Source of the DNA: a virus
Taxonomy: Duplodnaviria > Caudoviricetes
Strand: one strand, 5' to 3'
DNA length: 64,000 nt
IMG/VR virus record: IMGVR_UViG_3300030433_002456
Span: 1-64,000 of that record
Positions 18,300-28,307 of the stretch are shown in pieces (the stretch's first letter is position 1; each line of letters opens with the position of its first letter). The notes under the pieces were generated by a model. The model was not told the DNA's origin, did not search any database, and worked only from the letters and a program-made list of their open reading frames with translations. The translations under genes were made by a program, and so were the position numbers.

Positions 18300-18515
18300 A
18301 TGTTTGATAAACTAGAGAAAGAATTCTCAAAAACCGTCGAAAGACATGTTACCGACAACGAATGCGGTTATATCGAGGCAGTCGTTGAGGTATGCAGTGA
18401 ATTAGAAATAGAACCCGCTCTGGGTGCAAAATATCTTTCAAATCCAATAAAAGAAAAGATCAGGGTTGAAGGCGAGGAAATAAATCTTTTGCCGAGAACA
18501 CCAAAACTGTGGTAA
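18300..18515 (+). CDS. gp33: Late-promoter transcription co-activator gp33
   Basis: EFSKTVE...YIEAVVEVC...KEKIRVEGEEINLL; sits next to gp32. Confidence 0.85.
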   Translation: MFDKLEKEFSKTVERHVTDNECGYIEAVVEVCSELEIEPALGAKYLSNPIKEKIRVEGEEINLLPRTPKLW

Positions 18516-18519
18516 ACCC

Positions 18520-18547
18520 TTGACAAACACAAAACACATGCTATACT
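18520..18547 (+). promoter_or_regulatory. Sigma70-type promoter for gp32
   Basis: TTGACA-16nt-TATACT with an extended TG. Confidence 0.75.
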
Positions 18548-18602
18548 TAGCACATACAACTGACGGAAACAGTTGAAAACTATTACAGGAGTAAAAAACA
18601 AT

Positions 18603-19496
18603 ATGTCATTTGAAGCAATGAAAAAGAACAGTAGAAATACTGATGCCCTCATCGAGAAGTTGTCCTCTATGGATGATACCAAGAACTCGTATAAGGATGA
18701 TCGGTTCTGGCGACCCGCCGTCGATGATGCCGGGACAGGTCAGGCAATTATTCGATTCCTTCCCGAAGCACCGGGAGAGGACACCCCGTTTGTGCTTTAC
18801 TACTCACACGGATTCCAAGGTCCGGGTGGTTGGTATATTGAAAACTCTCGCACCACTCTCGGCGAGAAGGATCCCGTGTCTGAGATGAACACTCGTCTTT
18901 GGAACAGCGGGGACCAGAGTAAGAAGGATCAGGTTTCACAAAAGTTTAAGAGAAAGAAGAACTATGTTTCTAACGTTCTCGTAATCAGTGATCCTGCTAA
19001 TCCTGAGAATGAGGGCAAGATCTTCCTCTATCGCTATGGTCAGAAGATCTATCAGAAGATTCAGGATTCTATGCGTCCGGAATTTGCTGATGAAGAGGCA
19101 ATTGTTCCCTTCGATTTTTGGAAGGGTGCAAACTTTAGACTTCGTATTCGTAAAGTTGCCGGTTTCCTCAACTACGATAAGTCGGAATTCGATTCGGTTT
19201 CCGAACTTTTCGATGGAGACGATGATCGTCTCAAGAAGTTGTGGAACAGCGAATACAAGTTGAATGAGTTCGTGGACCCCAGCAACTACAAGTCCTATGA
19301 CGAACTCAAGCAGCGTCTCGATATCGTGCTTGGCGGTTCTGCTCCCAAGGAGACTGCCGAGACCACTTCGCTAGAGTCTAGCAATGATAGTTGGGGAAGT
19401 GATGAGACCCCGACTACCGACACGGTGCAGGATTCAGCACCCGCCGAAGAGGACGATGCAATGTCCTACTTTGAACGACTCGCTAGTGAGGATTGA
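18603..19496 (+). CDS. gp32: Single-stranded DNA-binding protein gp32
   Basis: DDRFW...AIIRFLP...HGFQGPGGWYIENS...PFDFWKGANF...NYDKSEF, acidic tail AMSYFERLASED; AGGAG RBS. Confidence 0.97.
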   Translation: MSFEAMKKNSRNTDALIEKLSSMDDTKNSYKDDRFWRPAVDDAGTGQAIIRFLPEAPGEDTPFVLYYSHGFQGPGGWYIENSRTTLGEKDPVSEMNTRLWNSGDQSKKDQVSQKFKRKKNYVSNVLVISDPANPENEGKIFLYRYGQKIYQKIQDSMRPEFADEEAIVPFDFWKGANFRLRIRKVAGFLNYDKSEFDSVSELFDGDDDRLKKLWNSEYKLNEFVDPSNYKSYDELKQRLDIVLGGSAPKETAETTSLESSNDSWGSDETPTTDTVQDSAPAEEDDAMSYFERLASED

Positions 19497-19517
19497 GAGA
19501 CAGTCCTGTTAGGGACA

Positions 19518-19550
19518 GAAAACCCCCGGAGAAATCCGGGGGTTTTTCTT
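19518..19550. terminator. Rho-independent bidirectional terminator
   Basis: aaaacccccgga-gaaa-tccgggggtttt between convergent gp32 and gp29. Confidence 0.9.
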
Positions 19551-21488
19551 TTATGCCATCCCAAGTGAACCCATATTGGTATTCGCGTAACCGTATTGAT
19601 CTTTTTCGGTCGCAGGTTCATCTGACATCTCAAATGACTGGATATTGTTATTATTTGTAACAACGACCGCTGAGGCACGGTCTCTCGCCGCCTGTAGTCT
19701 CGCCTGTCTTTCCTCTTCTTCTTTTTCTCGTTGCAGTCTTGTGATTTCTTTTAACTCTTCTATTGTCTCTTCGCCAAATCGTTTACCGCCCAGTGCCATT
19801 ATAGAACCTTCACCTGTTCTAAGTGCCTGTATTTCCTTCTCGGATTTACCCTGTAGGAATTGTTGCATCGCCTCGGTAGAGATTTGTTCACGGTCAGCAC
19901 TGGAAACCAGCGACTTTGAGTATATGTCGGCCATCTTTGCACTGACCTTCTTTTTCTTTCCGGCGTTCTTGCCCTGTTCAATGAGTCTACCCTCTGCATC
20001 AAACTCTTGGTTTAATCTTTCATCTCGTCTCGCAAAAAGTTGCCTTTGTTTATTCTGCTCAGACGCGATCTGTGCCTCAAGTTCATCTGTATCCTCGCCC
20101 ATTCCGATGTAACTCAAAAGTTCAGCGATATACAATCTTATTTTTAAGAACATGATTTTCGCTTTAGACACAAATATGGAAAATCTGTCCTTAATGAATT
20201 CAACTGGACTTGTAAAAAATGATATTATGTTGGTAACCAAATTAGAGAAGAAAGTTGGGATAGTGTCAGTAAAGAAACTTATCAACCCATTAAACGCTGA
20301 TTTTACAAAGTTTGGCACTGTAGTTGTGAAGAAGTCGTACAACAAGAAGAAAAAGTTTCCCAAGGTAGTCGTTACGTTATCAAAGAAACCCATGACATCA
20401 TCAAATGATACCAGACCAAATGTTAGTCCACTAATAATTTGGGCAAAGATGCCTTGAACACCACTTATGAGTTTATCGAAGAAACTACCCTCAGTGCCAA
20501 AGAATCCACGGAAGAATCCGACGATACCCTCAATGAGCGTGATAACTTGTCCTAGAATCGGAACTGCTTTAAAAAATTTACCAATCTTACCAACAAAACC
20601 CATGATTGGTTTGAAAACACCAAATACGGGTTTCAGGACTTTGCCAACTGTTCCAAACACACCACCCACTTTACTGGCGACACCACCCGCACCTTTTGCA
20701 AAGTTACCAATTTTCCCAAAGAAACCACCAATGGTTTTAAATACAGGTTGAACTTTTGTTATAACTTTACCAAATGCACCACCAATGATATCAACCGCAG
20801 TCTTCACCTTTGTCATGACTGTCTTGATTGCGTTGAATGCCGGTTGTAACTTAGTCACTATGTTGGAGAAAAATTTACCAATACCAGACTTGGCAAGTAG
20901 TTTCGAGAACAGTCCACCGAGTTTCGTAAATAACCCACCAATCGGACCTTTGACTAGATTAAACAATCCACCAAAGAAAGTTCTTAGACCTCTAAATAAT
21001 CTTGGAAGACCCTTGAAAAGACCCACAACAATTTTTGCTGATGTCTCTAATACTTTAAATGTTCTGAACAAATAAGCGGCGGCGACCAAAATAATCGGTT
21101 TTAGAATCGCCATGATTCCCGACCCATCAAAAGTGTTTTTTAGTGCGCCCTTCAATCCATCAATTGAATCGCTGATAGATTTTCCAAGATCTTTGAAAAG
21201 ACCACGGAACATCGAACGCTGCTCCTGTCTCTCTTCTTTTCCAGATTTTGGTGCAGACGATGTAATTTTTGCAAGATCTTTGAAACTTTGTGTTATGTTG
21301 CCCGCAAGAGATTGAAACGTTTTTCCTATGCTTTCGAGTTCTTGGGTTAGGAAGAATTCAACAGTTCTTGTCTGTGACTCAATGGCGTTAGTAATCTCAC
21401 CGGTATTTACTTCGGTGGGGACTCTCTCTCCTAGTAATGATAATAGTGGGTTATTATCATTTCCTTTTTGTGATGGGGGTTCTGCCAT
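19551..21488 (-). CDS. gp29: Baseplate hub/tape-measure protein (gp29-like)
   Basis: Long amphipathic helical G/F/K-rich repeats, VVTNNNN near the C-terminus; follows gp26 and gp51. Confidence 0.7.
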   Translation of the reverse strand: MAEPPSQKGNDNNPLLSLLGERVPTEVNTGEITNAIESQTRTVEFFLTQELESIGKTFQSLAGNITQSFKDLAKITSSAPKSGKEERQEQRSMFRGLFKDLGKSISDSIDGLKGALKNTFDGSGIMAILKPIILVAAAYLFRTFKVLETSAKIVVGLFKGLPRLFRGLRTFFGGLFNLVKGPIGGLFTKLGGLFSKLLAKSGIGKFFSNIVTKLQPAFNAIKTVMTKVKTAVDIIGGAFGKVITKVQPVFKTIGGFFGKIGNFAKGAGGVASKVGGVFGTVGKVLKPVFGVFKPIMGFVGKIGKFFKAVPILGQVITLIEGIVGFFRGFFGTEGSFFDKLISGVQGIFAQIISGLTFGLVSFDDVMGFFDNVTTTLGNFFFLLYDFFTTTVPNFVKSAFNGLISFFTDTIPTFFSNLVTNIISFFTSPVEFIKDRFSIFVSKAKIMFLKIRLYIAELLSYIGMGEDTDELEAQIASEQNKQRQLFARRDERLNQEFDAEGRLIEQGKNAGKKKKVSAKMADIYSKSLVSSADREQISTEAMQQFLQGKSEKEIQALRTGEGSIMALGGKRFGEETIEELKEITRLQREKEEEERQARLQAARDRASAVVVTNNNNIQSFEMSDEPATEKDQYGYANTNMGSLGMA

Positions 21489-21491
21489 TGA

Positions 21492-21671
21492 TTATCTCCG
21501 TCTAGATTCTCTCTCTTTTTCTTCTCTAAGGAACTCGGTAAGTAAACCAAGATAAACTTGCCTCTCCCACGGAATCATATTTTCTAGATCACTCAAACTA
21601 TATTTATAATGTTGCATCATCATAAAGTTCACTCTATAGTGGTTCTCTAAACTTTCATGAGACAGGCACAT
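21492..21671 (-). CDS. gp51: Small baseplate hub assembly catalyst (gp51-like; not in the ORF track)
   Basis: Manual translation MCLSHESLENHYRVNFMMMQHYKYSLSDLENMIPWERQVYLGLL...; TGATG coupling to the gp26 stop. Confidence 0.85.
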   Translation of the reverse strand: MCLSHESLENHYRVNFMMMQHYKYSLSDLENMIPWERQVYLGLLTEFLREEKERESRRR

Positions 21672-22372
21672 CAGAAAAAATTGGAAAGTCCTCCAATCTC
21701 AAAATCATTTTCGTGTCCGCAATGTGGACATGTAAACTTAATCTTACATTTTACCTTGGGCATCTCATCAAAAAAGGTTTGTAATTTTTGAACATCACGA
21801 ACACTAAGTGAGTTAATAAACTCTCTCACCTCGGCATCGGTATAGTCAGTCACGCTATGAACGGTGTCTTTGTCGTAAATTGACTTCATGCACTTGATGA
21901 TCATACCAACAGAATCATCCTCTTTTAGATCTGTTAGTAAATCTATTGTAGGGAACTTCATTTCAACACCAACGCTGTCGGTGATCGGCACCATGAAATC
22001 AATGTCTGATATTTTCTTCCCACCGTAGTCAATGTATACATCGGTCTCAATGTTAACATCAACTGGGCATTTTTCGTTGCACTCCTCACAACCGATCATG
22101 ATTGAGACATCTTCGCCAACCGATTTCGCTCGAAGGTTTAGAAAAATATATTCTAAATCAAATGTGGTGAGCGTCTTGATGTCGATCTTTGTTTGAATGC
22201 ACGACTCAAGTAGTTTTGCCACTATCTCTGACGTTTGTTTTTGGTCTGTGCCTTCCCCCATCATGAGGAGAAGTTTTTCCTCTTTGACCAAAAAAGGTCT
22301 ATATTCAATTGTCTTCCCTGTCGAGGGAACTTTCACCTTAAATGTCGGTGTTTCTAATTTAGGTAACGCCAT
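21671..22372 (-). CDS. gp26: Baseplate hub subunit/chaperone gp26
   Basis: MALPKL...YRPFLVKEEKLLL...FDLEYIFLNLRAKSVGE, two CxxC pairs, ends GLSNFF. Confidence 0.9.
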   Translation of the reverse strand: MALPKLETPTFKVKVPSTGKTIEYRPFLVKEEKLLLMMGEGTDQKQTSEIVAKLLESCIQTKIDIKTLTTFDLEYIFLNLRAKSVGEDVSIMIGCEECNEKCPVDVNIETDVYIDYGGKKISDIDFMVPITDSVGVEMKFPTIDLLTDLKEDDSVGMIIKCMKSIYDKDTVHSVTDYTDAEVREFINSLSVRDVQKLQTFFDEMPKVKCKIKFTCPHCGHENDFEIGGLSNFF

Positions 22373-22393
22373 TTTATAACTCCTATCAATTTA

Positions 22394-22978
22394 TTATATT
22401 GGTAATTGGAAGGGAGATGACACATCCCCTCCTCGTTCGCCAGATTTCCATCGACGGAAAGATAGTGACACGCTTGTCTTTACCAGACCCTCGTCTCCGC
22501 CTGACAATTCTATCGCATTTATACTTTTGGGAAACAAATCAAACAATTTTACGTTGTATGTTCCTTTATTTGTTTCATCTAGCACAGCAATATCGAGTTC
22601 TTCGCAGATATACTCATCATAGTATCCACACTGATATGTAATATCGTCGATAACTCTTTTTTGCCAACTTTCAAATATTTTTCTTATTCTAAAGTCTCTG
22701 TCCTCTAGGAAGGTAAGTGTGATATCTCCTTCATAAATTCTACCATAAGGCATTTCTCGATCTATGCTTTGCAGTTTGACAGGATTACTTCCAATCGTGC
22801 TTGCAGGGAGACTCAGGGACTCTAAGCGACTGTTTAACTTTTCTTGTGCTGCTCTATTGAATAAGGGTCCACCAGACCTTGTTGAACCAAATAATATTTC
22901 ATATCGGTTGGTGCGTGCCGTTCCGTTTGCCGCTATCTCGGCGATGAATCTGTTAACAGAAAAACCAAATACGCTCAT
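22394..22978 (-). CDS. gp54: Baseplate-tail tube initiator (gp54/gp19-like)
   Basis: ARTNRYE...SLSLPA...MPYGRIY..ITLTFL...FESWQ...FPKSINAIEL tube-protein pattern. Confidence 0.75.
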   Translation of the reverse strand: MSVFGFSVNRFIAEIAANGTARTNRYEILFGSTRSGGPLFNRAAQEKLNSRLESLSLPASTIGSNPVKLQSIDREMPYGRIYEGDITLTFLEDRDFRIRKIFESWQKRVIDDITYQCGYYDEYICEELDIAVLDETNKGTYNVKLFDLFPKSINAIELSGGDEGLVKTSVSLSFRRWKSGERGGDVSSPFQLPI

Positions 22979-23580
22979 AGTTTTCTTCTCCTATCTCTTC
23001 CCATTTCTTTGCTGGTAACCACGCTTTCGCTCCATACTGATTTTGGTGACCGCCCAATGAAAAAGGTTGAGTGTTTTTTTGATATATCTCCCAGATAAAA
23101 TTCTTTCCAAAGGGACGGTTTCATTTCTAAAACGATGGGACTCATTAAATTGTGCCGGTATTGCTTAATACACGGGAACGCAGTTCTGAGACTCCTTCTA
23201 TATTTAGCAATAGTTTTGTAAGTTATTTTTGATCTAGCATCTTCGTCTTCGATATCACCAGCAAGACGAGCGAGTAAGTTCTCTATGAGATCCTCTCTAA
23301 GATTCGGTGGCAGATAAAATGGATTTAGTGCCAGCATCGTTTTTTCTCTTTGCTCTAAATTTATCACCATAGGAAAAATGTGATAGTATGGAAGATCAGG
23401 TTTGCCTTTTCCAACAGGATTTCTATAGTTGAATAAGTAAGATCGACCAACAAAATTTCTAGACCTTGGAATTGATTTTGGTTTTCGGATCACCACATCT
23501 TCCCCTGCTAATTCTGGGGCGACTTTTAACAAAAATTTAGATAATGGCGGGGATATCTTGCGAAGTTCGTCTGACAGCAT
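22975..23580 (-). CDS. gp2: DNA end protector gp2
   Basis: YLFNY...LPYYHIFPMV...LNPFYLPP...PCIKQY...VWSES. Confidence 0.85.
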   Translation of the reverse strand: MLSDELRKISPPLSKFLLKVAPELAGEDVVIRKPKSIPRSRNFVGRSYLFNYRNPVGKGKPDLPYYHIFPMVINLEQREKTMLALNPFYLPPNLREDLIENLLARLAGDIEDEDARSKITYKTIAKYRRSLRTAFPCIKQYRHNLMSPIVLEMKPSLWKEFYLGDISKKHSTFFIGRSPKSVWSESVVTSKEMGRDRRRKL

Positions 23581-24017
23581 TAGAAAATGTCCTTCTCTGT
23601 TAATATTCTAAACTGCCACCCATAATTTTCGCACACGGACTTTGCTGCCTCCCACTTGGCGGCGTTCACGGCGTATCGTTTAACCTCGGTGATATATCGT
23701 TGCGTGATTTTACCACTTATTGGTTTTTTTGGTTCTGATGTTTGTTTATCCGGTTTTACTTCTATCAAAAGTGTTTGTATTTTACCCTCGTTGTTTTTCA
23801 ATTCGATCAAGAAATCAGGATAATACTTATGTCGCTTTCCATCAACAGGAGACATATATGGCACGGATATTTCTTCTGACGACCACATAATAACGTTTGG
23901 GTTTGAGTCAAATACTTTCATGCACTTTCTCTCCCAGAGACTTCGGTATGTTATTTTTGTAGGGTCGCCCTGATATTTATCTGGATGAACCGGTTTATAT
24001 TTTCCTCTGTATGCCAT
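23580..24017 (-). CDS. gp4: Head completion nuclease gp4 (TnsA-like)
   Basis: MAYRGKYKP..KY.GDP..ITYRSLWE...WSSEE...YYPDF...EVKP...KWEAA...ILTEKD. Confidence 0.95.
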   Translation of the reverse strand: MAYRGKYKPVHPDKYQGDPTKITYRSLWERKCMKVFDSNPNVIMWSSEEISVPYMSPVDGKRHKYYPDFLIELKNNEGKIQTLLIEVKPDKQTSEPKKPISGKITQRYITEVKRYAVNAAKWEAAKSVCENYGWQFRILTEKDIF

Positions 24018-24031
24018 ATACATATATCTAG
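24018..24031. promoter_or_regulatory. Overlapping putative late promoters for divergent gp4 and gp48
   Basis: ATACATAT (+, 24018-24025) and CTAGATAT (-, 24024-24031) in a 23-bp divergent gap. Confidence 0.55.
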
Positions 24032-24040
24032 GAGCAAAAA

Positions 24041-25141
24041 ATGTCAGATCCACAATCAGAGTTCAGCGAATCAGGCGGATTATTGAATAACGCAGTTCAA
24101 CAAGTTGATGGGTTACTAGAATCCTCGCAGCGAAGTGGGAACTTTAATTCTCTCACGGACGGTTCTCCATTATATTACCCACTTGATATATTTGCAAACG
24201 AAAATCCAACTGAAAACAGTTCAGCGGAAAGCATTGTCAATTGGATGGAGTTTAGAATCTTTTTTAAACAAAATGGAAATCTATCATCTACAGTCAAAAC
24301 GATTGAATCATTTGGACAATCAGCAGTGGAAACTGGCAGTGGTCTTCTTGGTTTAAATCAAACCGACGAGGCATCAGGTGAACTAAGAACAATTTTAGCA
24401 GACCAAAGTGCATCGGGTGTTCCCGGATCAGGTCAACAGCAAAGCGTAACCAGAGATACTAGATTTGCAAAAGCAACGGAAAATACTGGTGACTCTGTTT
24501 TTCTTTATCTCCCCGGTGGAATACAATTTGATGACGGGATTAACTATGAAGAGACCTCTTTTGCCGGTCTACAAGCAGTAAAGTCTGGTGCGAGTGCGGT
24601 TGGTGGTGTGGTTGCACTTAACGCTCTAAGAAAACTCGCAGGTGGGGTGGATAAAGCAGCGGGTATAGTTGGACAAGAAAGTTTAAACACGGGTGCAGCA
24701 CTCTCCGCTGGACTGGGCGTTGTTGTTAACCCAAGAAAAGAGCAAATGTTTCAGGGTATAAACATGAGAACATTCAACTTTAGTTTTGTATTCTCTCCCA
24801 GAAGCAGAGAGGAAGCAGAAATGGTTGCTAAAATAATTAAGGTTTTTAGGTTCCACGCTTATCCTGAAGTTTCATCAAACAGTGCTTTCTTTAACTTCCC
24901 ATCGGAGTTTGAAATAAAGTTTAGAACGTTAAATACGGATTTGTCTCCCGGTGTTGGCGTAACGGACAACCCTGTGCTACCAAAACTAAACCGTTGTGTG
25001 TTAGAGAAAATTTCTACGAACTTTACACCAGATGAAGTTTTCTACTCGTTTAAAAATGGTATGCCTCCAAAAATTACACTTGAACTTTCCTTCAAAGAGG
25101 CAGAGTTCATTACAAGACAGCATGTTAATGAAGGGTTCTAA
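24041..25141 (+). CDS. gp48: Baseplate tail tube cap gp48
   Basis: LYYPLD, FLYLPGG, VNPRKEQMFQG..MRTFNFSF.FSPRS.EEA, FPSEF, LELSFKE. Confidence 0.9.
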   Translation: MSDPQSEFSESGGLLNNAVQQVDGLLESSQRSGNFNSLTDGSPLYYPLDIFANENPTENSSAESIVNWMEFRIFFKQNGNLSSTVKTIESFGQSAVETGSGLLGLNQTDEASGELRTILADQSASGVPGSGQQQSVTRDTRFAKATENTGDSVFLYLPGGIQFDDGINYEETSFAGLQAVKSGASAVGGVVALNALRKLAGGVDKAAGIVGQESLNTGAALSAGLGVVVNPRKEQMFQGINMRTFNFSFVFSPRSREEAEMVAKIIKVFRFHAYPEVSSNSAFFNFPSEFEIKFRTLNTDLSPGVGVTDNPVLPKLNRCVLEKISTNFTPDEVFYSFKNGMPPKITLELSFKEAEFITRQHVNEGF

Positions 25142-26034
25142 TGTATTTCAGTAAATTTCCAACCTTTAACTATCCCATCACTGGCGGTCAAGTAGAGCAA
25201 ATACAGGATATCCTCCTTCGTGTTGGGTTTACCGACAAAGTGAAGGACGAAACTGGGACGTTTATCAAATACAACGTGTCTGAGGGTGCAACACCTGAGT
25301 CTATCGCTGAAGATGTCTACGGAGATCAACAGTTCTTTTGGGTCGTATTGCTTTTTAATGATTTGCTCGATCCTCAATATCGTTTGCCTTTACGATCTCG
25401 ATCACTAGACGATTTCATAGACAAGAAATATAGATCGGTCACCCTTTTCCTTTCACCAGAATCGGACTCTGAACAATTTTTTACACATCCAATTAGTCCA
25501 ACATCAACAGTCAGGACATTTACAGAGGGCGACACAATCACCCTTTATCTTGGTAAACGAAACAGTTATAAAGACAGTGGACCAGATAAAGTTTTAGGAG
25601 TTGTGAGAAAATATATCCCAGAACTATCCGCCATACAATTAGATCGAGTCTCTGGGGAAATAAAAGTCGGAGATATTATCTCTAGAGGATACGATACTGA
25701 AATTCGGGCACAGGTTAGAAGGGTTAGTGATAGTAGATTTGCGGTCCACCATTTTGAAGAGGACAACAGAATTTTAAATCCTATGGCAACGCCTCCGGAT
25801 GATAATGGGAATCAGGTTCCGGTTGGACAAACCGGCGATGGATTCTCCTCCACTCCTGTTGGCGTGACACAAACTGTTCTTGAAAATTATATTAATGATA
25901 AAAACGGTAATTTTATAGTGACGAATGAGGAGTACGAATTTACGCAAAACGATGTCAGTAGGGAACTAAAACTTTTAGATCCCTCGCTTTTAGAAAATGT
26001 GGTAAGAGAATTGAGAGAGGTTTTTGACACATAA
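25141..26034 (+). CDS. gp53: Baseplate wedge subunit gp53
   Basis: MYFSKFP...EGATPESIAEDVYGD...WVVLLFN, VHHFE, VTNEEYE. Confidence 0.92.
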   Translation: MYFSKFPTFNYPITGGQVEQIQDILLRVGFTDKVKDETGTFIKYNVSEGATPESIAEDVYGDQQFFWVVLLFNDLLDPQYRLPLRSRSLDDFIDKKYRSVTLFLSPESDSEQFFTHPISPTSTVRTFTEGDTITLYLGKRNSYKDSGPDKVLGVVRKYIPELSAIQLDRVSGEIKVGDIISRGYDTEIRAQVRRVSDSRFAVHHFEEDNRILNPMATPPDDNGNQVPVGQTGDGFSSTPVGVTQTVLENYINDKNGNFIVTNEEYEFTQNDVSRELKLLDPSLLENVVRELREVFDT

Positions 26035-27386
26035 TGGCAGAGTTTAATCTCCAACCCAGCATCGTCCCATCCGACAGTTACACAAAACCAAACGATTTTG
26101 AACTTGTTTCTCTTTCGTTGGAGAGTGACTCGGGTGGTGCTGTAGATTTAAGACCGATGTATGAAAATGTATCATTTTCTGAAAATATTCACGCAACCAG
26201 CATCATTGGGAATGTTCTTATAAAAGACACAGTTGATTTACTAAACACATTTCCAATCACGGGTCATGAAAAACTAAAAATAGTTTTCAGAACACCCGGC
26301 ATAGGATCTGAACTGGTCGAGATGAATTTTCGTGTTGTTGAGGTCACAGATAGAGTCAGATCCTCAAATGAAAGATCTGAAGTATATCGATTAAAAATTC
26401 TCTCTGATGTTGGGTTCGTTGATAAATCACTAAAGTTATCAAAGTCAGTGAAAGGGAAAATTAGTGATATTGCTAGTTCAGTTTACTCTGAGTCTTTCGG
26501 AAAAGAATTAGACACTCAAGAAACATTAAATGAACAAAAATATGTCATACCCAGATGGTCTCCCTTTAAATTTTTAGAATGGTTGTCTAGTCGTGCTATT
26601 CCCGCCAAGAAAAGTGATGAGACCAACTATCTTTTTTTTGAAACCACGAATGGACACAGGTTTATTACTCTAAGTGAATTGTGTTCCCAAGAACCTCTTC
26701 TCGCATATGTTCAAATGCCTCCCAATATAAGATTTGAAAGAGGTGGTCCTAGAGAGATAAACAGGGAGTTTTTAAATCCTAGAGAGGTTAAGTTTTTAAA
26801 AACGAACCAAAAATTAAAAGAGCATATGCAAGGTGCTTTTTCTTCTGTTTTATATCAACATGATTTAAAAACAAAAAAATGGCAGCAGAAGGTTTTTAAC
26901 TATAATGATGATACGAATGTTCGTTACATCACTGATAATAGAGTGACTCAAAATAAAAGCATCTATACAGAGAGTCCAAATGTAAATTTTAACTTGATCA
27001 CAAAACAAACCGGTCTCATGGGGGAGGACTTTCCAAACGTGCAAAACCATGAGGAGTGGTTTCAAAGAACACTCTCATCAAAATCATTAGTTGATACAAT
27101 CAAGATGCGGTTAGGTACTGCTGGAAACTCTCTACTCCGAGCAGGAACAGTCATAGAAATATTCGTCCCCAAGACAGGATCAATTAAGGGATCTGATCCA
27201 GAGTGGTATGATAGAAATGTTAGCGGAAAATACTTGATAACAACTCTAAGACATATCATAACACCAGAAGGATACACTAATAGCATGTTGCTTTCTAAAA
27301 ATTCATATGAAGAACCAATCGCTGATAAGTCTGAGTTCATGGGGACCGGTTCCTCAAGCAGTGATTCTATTTTAAAGAGAAATTAA
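26034..27386 (+). CDS. Baseplate hub protein (gp27-like)
   Basis: Located between gp53 and gp5; FPITGHE, YLFFET, GNSLLRAG, SGKYLITTLRH. Confidence 0.75.
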   Translation: MAEFNLQPSIVPSDSYTKPNDFELVSLSLESDSGGAVDLRPMYENVSFSENIHATSIIGNVLIKDTVDLLNTFPITGHEKLKIVFRTPGIGSELVEMNFRVVEVTDRVRSSNERSEVYRLKILSDVGFVDKSLKLSKSVKGKISDIASSVYSESFGKELDTQETLNEQKYVIPRWSPFKFLEWLSSRAIPAKKSDETNYLFFETTNGHRFITLSELCSQEPLLAYVQMPPNIRFERGGPREINREFLNPREVKFLKTNQKLKEHMQGAFSSVLYQHDLKTKKWQQKVFNYNDDTNVRYITDNRVTQNKSIYTESPNVNFNLITKQTGLMGEDFPNVQNHEEWFQRTLSSKSLVDTIKMRLGTAGNSLLRAGTVIEIFVPKTGSIKGSDPEWYDRNVSGKYLITTLRHIITPEGYTNSMLLSKNSYEEPIADKSEFMGTGSSSSDSILKRN

Positions 27387-27400
27387 AGATAGGTTAGTTT

Positions 27401-28306
27401 ATGGAATACTTTGCAGGGAAAAATGGTTTTATTTGGTTTCAGGGTGTTGTCGAGGATAGAAAAGATCCCGATGAACTTGGTCGCGTTAAGGTTCGTTGTT
27501 TAGGTTTTCACACTGAGGACAAAACCGAATTGCCAACCGAGGATCTGCCGTGGGCATATCCAATTCAACCCATAACATCTGCTGCCATGAACGGGATCGG
27601 TCAGACACCGCTCGGTCCCGTTGAAGGCACTTGGGTCTTTGGTTTTTTCCGTGATGGTGAGTCATCCCAAGAACCTATGATTTTAGGAACACTTGGCGGC
27701 GTTCCAGAAGAAGCAGCGAACACCCAAGAGGGATTCAATGATCCCAGTGGTAAATATCCACTAGAGGATTTACTAAACGAACCAGACACAAATAAAATTG
27801 CTAGGGGTATTGAAGAAGAAACTGTCGTTGAAAAAAAGAAAAGCGACATAGACAAAATGACATTGGCAGGGGGAATCGGTGGTGGTTCAGAGGTGGAGGA
27901 ACCAGAGACTCCATACAAAGCAGAATATCCCTTCAACCATGTCAAACAATCAGAGTCAGGACACATAGAGGAAATTGATGACACTCCGGGTGCCGAGAGA
28001 CTCCATACATATCATAAGTCAGGGACGTTTGAAGAGATCCATCCAGATGGTAAACAAGTCATCAAAGTGGTCGGAGACAAATACGAAGCGGTAATTAAAG
28101 ATAATAATTTGCATGTGAAAGGCAACTTAAATATAACCGTCGAGGGTGACTCCACAATTTACACGAAAGAAAATTGTGCGTTACAAGTTGATGGAGACAT
28201 GGAACAAATCATAGGTGGTAATCTTACGATAAACGCTGGGGGCGAAATGAAGTTGACTGCTGCTTCTAACGTAATAGTTCGAGGGAGTTCCATTAGGTTA
28301 AATTAA
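27401..28306 (+). CDS. gp5: Baseplate central spike gp5 (OB fold + beta-helix, no lysozyme domain)
   Basis: [22 protein letters not shown]...LPWA, YPFNHV..SESGH..EIDDTPG.ERL..YH.SG; only 301 aa. Confidence 0.93.
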   Translation: MEYFAGKNGFIWFQGVVEDRKDPDELGRVKVRCLGFHTEDKTELPTEDLPWAYPIQPITSAAMNGIGQTPLGPVEGTWVFGFFRDGESSQEPMILGTLGGVPEEAANTQEGFNDPSGKYPLEDLLNEPDTNKIARGIEEETVVEKKKSDIDKMTLAGGIGGGSEVEEPETPYKAEYPFNHVKQSESGHIEEIDDTPGAERLHTYHKSGTFEEIHPDGKQVIKVVGDKYEAVIKDNNLHVKGNLNITVEGDSTIYTKENCALQVDGDMEQIIGGNLTINAGGEMKLTAASNVIVRGSSIRLN

Positions 28307-28307
28307 T

